DNA from: Phoronis australis
Taxonomy: Eukaryota; Animalia; Phoronida
Length of the DNA: 64,000 bases
Assembly: GCA_002633005.1 (NCBI GenBank)
Contig: NMRA01000001.1
Location: forward strand, 2,334,933 to 2,398,932
Direction: 5' to 3'
Shown here: positions 1 through 11,000 of the stretch, piece after piece
Numbering within the stretch: the first letter of the stretch is position 1
Layout of the letters: every line of letters starts with the position of its first letter
Notes under the pieces: model-generated
The model's database searches: none
What the model was told of the DNA's origin: nothing
Seen by the model: only the letters and a program-made list of their open reading frames with translations
Translations under genes and position numbers: made by a program

Positions 1-621
1 ATTATCAGAGAGCAAGTCTGATGATCAGCTTACAGCTAAACTCATAATTATACTACCATGCAGACAGGTCACCAAGCCCCTATCGGTCTCTCTTAATGAG
101 CAATTTGATGATATACAGAGAATTAAAGATCACTGGTAGTCAACTTGGTAATGTAGGCAGGTTGAGGTCCTGAACATGCCCTTTAAACAAAATTCATAAA
201 TAAGGACCAGGTGGGGGGGGGGCTTTTGAATACTAGTCTTTATTGATTGATGACTAGCCACTATGGAGACTGGAATGTGGACAGAACGTCTCCAGCTGAC
301 AATGTGACATTTGAAAAATTCAAAAGATTAACCCCAAATCAATACTTCTTTTCTTTAAAGGGCATGTCTACAGCATGTCACCATGGTACTGCCACACAAA
401 AGATGTTCGCTCAAAGTTAATCAACTACTAATTAAAATAAAACAGAACTTTTTTGCATAGTCTGCTGCTGGCAATCATCTCTTGGAGCAGATCTTGGCCT
501 TAGAGCAGATTAGTAAAAATTTAACCTCCAAGTTTTAAATGTGAACTGATTAATTAAATTTGTCAACACAGCAACGAAGCACTTTCAAGAAATGCAGCAA
601 GCTGTGACAGTGTTATCTGAA

Positions 622-682
622 TAAGTGACTACTAAGTGACTACTAAGTGACTACTAAGTGACTACTAAGTGACTACTAAGTG
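622..682. repeat. 11-bp tandem repeat (TAAGTGACTAC)n, about 5.5 copies
   Basis: Directly visible perfect tandem repeat. Confidence 0.95.
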
Positions 683-2331
683 AAAACATGAGACAGCTGA
701 CTCGTCTTTTCACTTCTGCTCATACCATCTCCAGGGGTTGCACATTGACTTAAGACCACTGACTTGCACAGGAGTTGCGTGTTAACAAAGACGATGGCAG
801 TTATTATGAATGGTTGCTCAGTTCAACTCACTTTGGCTCATCTTTGCCTGATCGACCAGAATAGGTGAGAGGAAGTGTTCTGTATACGCACGATACTCTC
901 CAAGCGTGTTGACAGGGCCTGTCCTAATGAAAATAGACGGCTTGAGGCCAACCTGTGCCAGTTTCCTACCAATCTCATGACTATCCTGCAATGGATTAAA
1001 GCTACTGCTGTTTAGCTTTTCAAAAATGACAGTCATATTTTTGAAGAGGTCTCGTTTTCACCCACGGTATTGAACAAAACCGACAGTAGAAAGGGAGCAT
1101 ATAGCTGATTCAGAAGTTAGCCAAATGAAAACTCGAGTAAAAAAGGTCATGGACATGTTCAAATTCCCCATTCAATTATGGGGCAAAGTGGCCCTTATCT
1201 CAAAAACATGCAGTTTCTGTTCGATGTTGGACAACATTTCAAATCAGATAAGAAAAAAATTCTTGAAAGTTACATAGTTCAGCTTTTTTACATAGTCATA
1301 ACAGTAACAAAAATTCTTCCTACACTGCATAAAACAAAATAATTATGAACTCACCAGCCCATTGCAAACAACCTGAACTTTGACAATGTATGGATAACCA
1401 TAGTATTGTTCCTACAATAATAATTCATAAATAACTAGAATGCAATGAGATACTAGCCAATTTCCGAGAAAGCAGAGTGTTCTAGTCTACCAATTATACC
1501 CTATCGACCATCTTTGCGGGAAAAAATTCCAATCCTGCACAATGAGACATTCGGACAATTCACCTAAAAATGTATAACGTATATCTCAAAATGTCCGTGT
1601 TAACGAATGAAACTGTGTTTCGTTCATGTCAATTTGTTCTGCCTTACATACGAGAATTAGATTTTGAGTCAAGAAATGATACTTCTGTGCTCTCACAAAG
1701 ATTTGTATGCAGAATACGTTTACCTCATCTCTTCGCAAGTTTTCAGATTACTCGCAAACCAGTAATACCCACACAGGTCACGTATTTTTTGAACCAGTTT
1801 TCTTCACTGAATAACTGGCATCAATGGTTCAAAACCTGGAACCCCTGTAATTGATTGCCTTCAAACCAACTACAGTTGATTCGCAATGAATATGGTTTAT
1901 AACATTTTTGCTGGCTTATAATATTCCATTTCCAACTACAATGCAAACATATTGCTTTGGTTACAGTAAACTTCTGTTTACAATGAACATTTTCGAACAT
2001 GAAGGTCCCAGGTTGTAATCGACTATAGCAGAAAATGACATGGTATGTAATGCGTAATATGAACCACGTGCACAAATAAATGCATTAAACCGTAATAGTT
2101 ACAACTAAAACTTACTAAAAAGCCACTGAAAATCTGATATGCAATTGACCTATCGCAAACTCCGCCCCCCTGCGAAATGTCGACAAACAAACAATAAGTT
2201 TTAACTGACAACGTGTCGTTTGTCGTGTAAAATGGCGGCTTGAAAACGAAGGTGTGTCAAGAATGCTGCTTTCTGATTTGTCACTTAAACTGCCACTCAA
2301 AATCCTGGCAATAGGTCAATTATACACTTAC

Positions 2332-2573
2332 AGGTTTGTCTGAATAGCCATTCAGTTTGATGTTTGTGATGTTATACTGTCTAAGCTCATCAGTCAGATT
2401 GATTACTCTGTCCCAGTGAACGTGGTTTGGGTCGGGTTCAACAGGTGCCGCCACACTGCACACATCGTAGTTCCACTGACAAGAGCCGGGTGGTTGGTAA
2501 CAATGCATGGGGCGACTCAAAATCATCACAAACATCACTGGGTGGAACACAAACTTGCCACTGGTGGGCATCT
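2332..2573 (-). CDS. Probable first coding exon of a minus-strand secreted/receptor-like gene divergent from AHSA1
   Basis: Acceptor tttcag at 2574-2579 and donor gtaagt starting at 2331. Open frame MPTSGKFVFHPVMFVMILSRPMHC-YQPPGSCQWNYDVC... begins with a signal-peptide-like hydrophobic stretch. No intact downstream exons found. Confidence 0.4.
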
Positions 2574-2819
2574 CTGAAACGAGGATAGGAAACATTAAAT
2601 TTAGTGAGCATTTTCAATCAAACCACATAAGGCCACTTCCTATTATTTTTGTAACAGTCGGATCGCAAAGAAAGATTGGACAGCAGCCAATCGCAGGATA
2701 GCTATAACCCACCACATTAGAGTGAGCATTAAAGAATATATCACGGGTATGTTACTTTTAAAAGAACAAAATAAGCACTCATGGTTCTCAAATCCATAGA
2801 ATACTACTATGCGAAGAAT

Positions 2820-3862
2820 TTTAACTCCACTTTTATGATCGTCATTAATCTTTTCACCATGCACGATAACCATGAAATATTTCAATTGATGTCACACGAG
2901 TTAGGCAAGGACTGAGTGAAGCGCGTGACCTTGCACGAGATACTCGGAATTTGTAAGATTTGTGTCTCTTGGACTTCTCTTCATCAACAGGCGTGATTTT
3001 GCATAACTATCTCTAAATGACAACTGGTGAGGCGATCAAACCGCAGCAGATTTTCATGGATTGTTGACTAAATTGTCTCCAGAGTCAAGGTATGTGGTAA
3101 TTGTAACTCAGTGTGCATATGCATGTTTCATTTGATGTTATTTGCTGTATTTTGAGATCCATGAGTAACTTTATATGGGGTGTAGGCCTACTATCGCCTT
3201 GTATGCCAAAGGCATTACACTACAGGGCAATATAATTGCCTAACTCCTGTGCTGCGGGCGTCCGCGTCAGGTTAATGTGATTCACTAGGTAGTGACCACC
3301 ATCTCTAAGACATTCACAGCCTCCTAAGATGTCCTTCTATGCGCAAAAGGTACTTATAACAACGCGACTTCGATGTTTTAATCACTGTGATGCATAATTC
3401 GCCGAAAAGCTTCTGGCGTATGATGCTCCAATACTAGGAGCTTCACTGTCTCTACTGCCAGCTACACAGTCACTAGGCAATTACATCACTCTGGATGTCA
3501 CAGGCATATGCAGGGGCAATGTACATCCCCACAAAAAGTTAGAAATTTCAAAATACAGGAAATAAAATCAAATGAAATATGCATATATGCACATTTGGTT
3601 ATAATTTAATATAATTAATATATACCAGTCTGGAGATGATTCAGTCAAGATAATTTGAACAAATCGATGAAGATCTGTCACAGTTTGCTCGAGTTTCCCT
3701 TACCGGGTGCCATTTTGAGGAAGTTATGTGAAATCACGCATGTTGACGAGTAAAAAGTCCAAGGCAGGGACACAAATTTCACCTGATTTGGCTGATATCT
3801 TCTCATGCTATTTTGCAATTGTCACGCGCCAGCGTCATGTGCTTCGCTCAGTCTCGCGCTAC
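2820..3862. mobile_element. Inverted pair of a ~300-bp dispersed repeat (2820-3160 vs 3545-3862), MITE/fold-back-like
   Basis: 3545-3862 is a diverged reverse complement of about 2900-3160. A third copy lies at about 39105-39500. Confidence 0.7.
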
Positions 3863-3997
3863 TACCTAAAATACACGGGACGAAATTCGTACAGAAAGTG
3901 ATGGGAAGTATTGTAGTCCCTTACTGGCCAACCGAGGGGTTACGTGTTGCCCATGTCTACTACAGTCTACACTACTACAGACAGGTAGAGATGTAGG

Positions 3998-4526
3998 CAA
4001 TGACCATCGCCTCTGTTGGCCCGACCAGAGGCGATGCAGCTCCTATAGGCGCTCCATACGCCGGAAGCTTTTCGGAGAATTATGCCTCGCACCGACTAAA
4101 ACATCAAAGTCATGTTGTTATAAATACCTTTTGCGCAAGGCTTAGGAGGTTGTCGATGTGTCTAATTCCTTCCAACTCGAACAAATACTTCCGTTATTGA
4201 ACCTTTTTGTTCGAGCAGTCACTCATTAGCTTCCTGGTTCAGCTGACGTCTCTATTTTGTGCGTGACCCGTGTTTGGCGGTCCGTTAACCGTGTTTCCTT
4301 TTGAATATGAGTCCGTGTCCCGTGTATTTGGGTGCGTGGATCATGTTTTGTGAGTCCGTTCCTGTGTTTGTGAGTCAGTGGACAGTGTTTGCAGGTCCGT
4401 GAGTCGTGTTCATGCGTCCGTGCCCCGTGTTTATGAGTCCGTTGACCGTGTAGTTTAGGTACCTTGTAGCTGCATCGCCTCTGCCTCTGGTCGGGCCAAC
4501 AGTAGAGACGGTCGCGGTGGTCATTG
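3998..4526. mobile_element. MITE-like element with ~45-bp terminal inverted repeats and internal ~20-bp degenerate tandem repeats
   Basis: Left end caatgaccatcgcctctgttggcccgaccagaggcgatgcagct matches the reverse complement of 4468-4526 with small insertions. Internal gagtccgtg...cgtgttt repeats at about 4255-4450. Confidence 0.7.
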
Positions 4527-4944
4527 ACATTGTCTGCTGATTCACGAAAGCATGTCTACACCATTACCATAGTAATCAAGATTGCACATTCATGAACAGA
4601 AATGTGATATTTTATACTGTAAAGTGTCGGATAGCAGACTGGCTTAATGCTGGAATGAGTGCGCACTTAAAAAATACAAACCTTCTGCTATCGTCTGCAA
4701 TCAAATCTCCCACCACAAAACATAAAGGTCACACGAGTGACCTATTTCTGAAAAACTCTTTACACCAGATCCAAACTACTGTATCAAAGTATAGTAAATA
4801 TTTTTTAATGTTTATAAATGTACCATTTTAATTATAAATATTAGTTAAAATTAATTTAAGGATAAAATATTACAAATGTTTAAGTATAAAGTAATAAATG
4901 TATTATTGTCATGTACCTTCAAGAGTTCTCTTTAGAGACAGTCC

Positions 4945-4988
4945 ACTTCCGGCTCCGGCTTTGCGACTCGCGTGTTCTAGAAAAATCT
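4945..4988 (+). promoter_or_regulatory. AHSA1 proximal promoter: ETS-type ACTTCCGG (4945-4952) and heat shock element gTTCt-aGAAa-aaTCt (4974-4988)
   Basis: Alternating nGAAn/nTTCn pentamers about 60 bp upstream of the ATG of an Hsp90 co-chaperone; the third unit is imperfect. Confidence 0.6.
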
Positions 4989-5047
4989 TTGTTTTCCTCT
5001 AAACTTAGGTAGCAAAGTCTGTGTAAAGTGGGCTGTCTTTACTGAAA

Positions 5048-8000
5048 ATGGCTAAATGGGGTGAAGGAGACCCAAGATGGATAGTAGAAGAGCGGGCTGA
5101 CGCCACAAACGTGAATAATTGGCATTGGTGAGTTATAGATTGCCCCGTTTCTGTTCACGGACACGGTGTAGCCAGTCGTCAGCTGTAAATGAAGACTGTC
5201 GTCAAAATACAGCTAGGTACCTCTGTAGACCCCGAAATTGCAAACAGCCATGGTAGTTCTGCTCGTCACCTCGCCGTGAAACTTTTATCAACATGTATAG
5301 CTAAAGACTGGATGGGGTGCATGCAAAATCTGGGAATCATCCAACACTCACCTTGTCTGTTAGAGCCATGCAAAAACATCATTTTCTTGCGTAACTCGTC
5401 ACCTATTCTAACACTGAAAGGTATGTCATTGTTTTGAAAAAAGTACACTCTCGTCACGCGCACGCGCCATTTCCTAAATTTTTGCGACATCTCTCGGGAG
5501 ATGATGGTATGTAGTAAATTCCAAAGTGTCTTACCTTACATCTTAGTTGTCCGTGGTCGAGCTCAATAGTTTTGCTTAGGTGTGTGGTCTGGATATCGAA
5601 TGCCGCTCTGCATCCAAATATGTGTATCGGCCGCAGGGCCGCTTAATTAATATTCATGATGCACCCTCATTGGCCATTACGGGCATATGGGCCGGACAGC
5701 CAACGACGAACAACAGTCGTCTTCCGATGCCGATAGAGGGTGCGCGCAGCTGAAGGCCAGCGCAGCAGTGAGACCAGTCAAATAACATCTCACTACAGAT
5801 AGCTTGGCAGCAGCAAAATTTCTTCTGAAATTTGTTTTTTCGGTCTCAAAATTCTAAAAACTTATAATGAAATGAAACCAGTTCCGATAATTTGTTGTGA
5901 CGTGTACGCAACCTGATTGAAGAATCGGCGAAAAAAGAAACTGGCCAATAGGGGACGCAACATTTCATGGCGCCGAAAGCCGTCGCTAAAGATCGCTCAA
6001 CAACTTTAGCGGCAGAATAACAGTAGAACGCCATTTTTTCCAACATCGTTAAATAATCTAATTTACTCATGGAAGGCTGTAGTTTTTAATGACACTATTT
6101 TTTTGTCATATTTTATCTTTACCACTTTTTTACCCAAATCGGTGCAAAGCTGTATATTTAGTATACAGCTTTTTACCAAGGCTATTCACGGTGTTGTCCC
6201 AACTTCTGAACTGCCATAGCAATGGCATGTGCACTGGTCGGAAATGGCGGTCCCTGTGAACCAGGCCGTCACTGAATAACAGGACCGTTACTTAATATGC
6301 CGAAACGGTTAAATGAATCAGTTAACTGCCATAAACATAGATGGTGACCACTGTCTCTAGCTGGCATTTAGAGACATTGAAGCTCCTATAGGAGCATGGA
6401 GTTGGCAAAGGGCACAAAAAATGCCGTGCCTACAAACATCGAATTGTCTTGGGGGACACACAATTTTTTCATGCCTATAGATATGGCGTGAGTGGCACAC
6501 TGTTGGCGTGGGGCATGTAAAAAGTTTTGTGTCTGGAGGCTGGAGACACAGAGTGGCCTAGGCCGCTTGGAAAGCAAAAATTGTTTGTTTGCTGCGCTAC
6601 AAAAACATTGTCGTTGTTGGCTACCTTAATGAGCCTCAACTATCATTAAAAGGTTTGATGTTGTCAACAACATGGAAAGTCGGAACAGAAAACAACCCTA
6701 TAGGGCTAGGCTACTTCGAAAAATGAGTCATGTGCGCTACCAAAATTTATCTGACGGCACCTGGATACATCTTTACTAAAATTAACAATTGAAGCCATTC
6801 TAAGATAAATATATCAGAAGTTAACAAAATTAATATGATGATGAGTGCTTATTTTTTTGATTTCTACCTTAATACTCAGAATTGTAGTATTGGACTTGTA
6901 AAAAACAGTGACATTTTCTGACTACATAACTTGGGCAACATGGCTTCATCTACTGGTATTGTCATTCCATTGCTACATACATAGAATTATAGAAATTTAC
7001 TACTCTTGTTTAAGCAACTGATACATAGGTTTGGGGGTAGTATTTGGATAGGTGGGTCCTTGATTTAATGTTGATTTAAGACTTCGTTTCTACCACTGAA
7101 TAACTCGTTATTCACGTGTCAAGTAGATTTCTCGAAAACAAAAACAAATTCATAATACCTTTAGACTGGTATCATGTAGAAGAGCAAAATACTCCTCAAT
7201 TTTTGCACAACTGCTTATGAAAGGAATAGATATTGGCACCTGCCTCCATTTTAAAATCATCTTCACTGGTTTTGAGCTCAAGCATTAGGTGAATAATCTT
7301 CGATCTTAGAAAATTGTTATGGTAGGGAGAAATGAAAACACAAGGGATACTAGAACTAGCAACCATAGTGTCCCTTGCCAACTCCACGTTTAGGGATGCA
7401 ACTTTCCATGTCGACTAATTCCATGTTGCGTATGATTCCTTCCTTCTTACTCTTAGTTCCTTGGTTGATTGGTCATTGTTTTACAGGACTGAGAAAAATG
7501 CTACGGCGTGGTCTAAAGATAAACTGAAAGAGCTTCTGACTGGATTGAAGATTGAAGACGATGAGGGTATGGGCAGTGGTTCGAGTTAGTCGTCCTTGAG
7601 AAGACACTCTGAATTCTGAAACTGCTTTAAAATCTCCCCGTTCCCCTTGTCAGGTCCAAAAATTACCCTGAAGTGATTAAAATGTTCTCAAATCATTAAA
7701 TAATTCCACTCGAGGTTAGAAGCACTTGTAACTCACACAGGCAACGATTCGAAGCCGCACAAAACATTAGTTTTTGCTAGATGAGGCAGAGCCAAAGAGG
7801 GGGGTGACGGGTTAAGGGAGGGTACTGGCAATGACAGGGGACTGACAAATTACTCCTCTCAGAAGGCCTAGACACCTTCCCCTCCGGTGAATGACGGCCC
7901 TGCAGGCTCATTAAGAGAACCTCTTCTTCCACTGAATAAAAGGTTGTTATTCACTGATTGCCTGGTTCTCAAAATCAAAGACTGCTATATTTGACTGTTA

Positions 8001-11000
8001 CCGAGGTATGTTGAAATGTCTTAATTTGCAACGAAATTTTAACCTATTGCAGGTTGAAACAACTTGAGCAATATTGTCATTAGGTTAGCTGTTCTAAGTT
8101 TGAGAATCCTGTGTCATATGTTTTTCGATTGTTTATTTTTGGTTAGGCTTACAAAAAGCACAAATTTACAACACTCTAATCAGGCACTTGCATAATTTCC
8201 TCTCTCATCATATGGGCAATAGTCACTTGCAGGGGTCCCTTGAGAACCAGTTCTGATGCCTGTTATCATAAGAGAAAACTGGTTATCAAAATGCAGGCCC
8301 CCTGTAGTGTCTGTTACCAACTTTCAAAACCATGGTTTTGGTTAAAGTTTTGTCGCGAACACATATTTTTTATACAGCTAATTGTCATACTATATATTGA
8401 TTTTTGTTGTACTGAGACTGTCAAGTTTGTGTTGGTAATATTTGTCAGAGTGTTGGGAAGACGAAGAATACTTCACTGTGATAACTGAACCAATGCCATT
8501 CATAATCTCCAACCCTGTATAAGCATAAAGTTAATTTTTTGTCTTCTGTAGGATGTTGCGAAATTACAGAAGTGACGAAATGCGAGGGCGAGGCAACAGC
8601 AAATAACCGCAAGGCTAAGCTGATCTTCTTTTATGAGTGGGTCATCAAGTGCGATTGGTCAGGTAAACTTAAGGGTTTTGCTTCGTATGATTGGGCCGAT
8701 TAACTGGGTCATCTAGTGTAATAAATTATTGTTAAACCGGACTTTTAGGCTTTCTGTAATTTCATTTAACTTTCTGTTTGACCACTTTGCCAGCGTTGGG
8801 ATCAAGATTTAGGTATTGAGATTGGGATTTTGTCATAATTTCAATCAAGGCGACTGAGTTTTGACAAAATTTTGACAAAATTTTTTTGGAAACCTGTATA
8901 TTCTTTCAAAGTTTGAGACATTTTCTAATGCATGAAATGCTTACTTTTGCTGACTTATTCTCAGGAAAACTTGCTAATGGTAACACGAAGTACAAAGGAA
9001 GTCTAGAGATTCCCAACTTGAGTGACGAGCAGGAACCTAGCGACCTGGACGTAAGTAATTGATGTAATCAACTTCAGTTGTAGTGGTATTAGAAATTTGG
9101 CTCGTCATTAATGAGTGTCTGATTGTCTAGGACAACTTAAAATCAGTTACTACTAGTTGAATTTCTATCTCAAACGCATGCTTGCACTAACTACTTTCTC
9201 TCATTTCTTTGCAACTTGTAAATCGCCAAAAGACTTAAAAGTGAATCACTTGCAACCTGACGGAAGCCCAGTTTCAACCGAATGTTGTGGCTTCAGCCAG
9301 TCAATGTCGTAATTTAAAGGAACCAGCTTTGATTTAATGGTCCTCTGTGGTGGCCGTAGGTTGGTCACTTCGGAACAGCTGTGAAAAAACAAAAAAAATT
9401 CGAGGTGAACTCGTTAAAAAATTGCATGTTTTTATGCGTAATGATAATTCCAGTAAATGTTTGATGTGTTCCTCTCCTGATATGGCATTGGTGAGGCATT
9501 TTTTTCTATTCGCCGTCTGCTCTGCACTGCGTTGAAAAGCAACAAAGAGTTCAATAACCAAGTATTTCAAAACCATTTCTGCCAGTGCCAGTGAGACCTC
9601 AGCTTCCAAAGGTGAAAAAAAACAAATAAGTTTTTATACAAGCCCATTTTGGATTCGGGCAGTCCGAAAGGACAGCCAGTCAAAAAATTAAATGTCAAGA
9701 CCTGGAACTACATGATTTATTCAGCTTTTCACAAGGCCGGGCTTGGAATTTTCTTGTTTTGTGTCAGAGGATTTCCTCATTTTTGGTTTCGATTTCCTCT
9801 TATTTGATTTCCAGTTTTCTTTTTTTCATCTCTTTATATCATTATTTTGTCGTCATTCATGCAAAAACGTTTATTTCAGTTAAATTTTACAACTCATGCA
9901 ATATTTATATCACACAAGTCTATTTATTTGTGCAATGATACATCACTTGGAAAATTGTCCTCTTTTATTGTGATTGGTCATTCCGAGCCCTGACAAGGTT
10001 GAAGTCGAATCTAACCTGGGCTGAGTTTTGTAGGCTGTAAGACAGCTTACACTAGTGGCAAATAATCTTCACTTGTAGAACAAACAGTGAATTAATCGCA
10101 TAGTCCTTGAATTCTATCCCATAATTCAGTGTCTCAGTCGCACCGACCAGTTGCTTCAGTGGATGCCATTTTGCTAGGATGGGCTTTTAAGCGCAAGCGA
10201 AACACTCACATTTTTCCTTACATGATTTTACGATATCATGCCCTTCTTACTAGAAGCTAGGTCTACAGAATGCTCTCCTGTTTAAGTCATAGTCGAAGTA
10301 GAGTCGTGTGTTTTATTCAACTTTCACTTAGGTTTAAGTTGCTATTTTCTTAATCGCAATGCCACAAGCTGATATGTCTTCTGGAAAAATGAGTTCAAGT
10401 GCTAGTTATTGGTTGTAAAATAGGTTTTGCGCAATCGAGCCTAAGAAGCCATGGGGCTAATAATAAGCCCAATCGCCATCTTAAAAGTCCAAACCATTTT
10501 CATCAGTTTTAAAATACCATGGGATAAGGTCAGTCGGTTTGTTAAAGCATCTTACAGGCAGAGTCCAATGTTTTGATGACGTTAACTTTTGAACTGGTCT
10601 GAGTGATTCATCTAATCATAAGGTTAATATTAACGAGTAGAGTAATAATTGAGCATTCAAGTTTATGTTCATGTTTGGATAATTTAAGTCCATTGATTGA
10701 TGTGTGACTTGGTTGACGTTAGCTAATTTTTTGTATTTACAGGTTGAAGTATCTGTGAAAAGTGACAAGAGCGACGCGTACGATGTCAAAGAATTTATGA
10801 GGAAAAAGGGCACGCCTGTAATACAGGAGAAGTTAGCCATGTACATTTTAGGTCTTAAACAAGGTGAGGCAATGGCTTGATTTGTTCAGTTTGAGCCAGA
10901 TGTGAAGCTTTGTCTTTTTGATATTTATGTTTTGATAAAGCTGAGTGTGCAAATTGCAAGCGTGTATTACATCTTCAAGAAGTGTTATTTGTGAATGTTG

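Noticed and set aside
8802-8879. Hairpin plus ACA in AHSA1 intron 3
   Set aside because: No H box, a pocket-to-ACA distance of about 19 nt, and many G-U pairs in AT-rich sequence.
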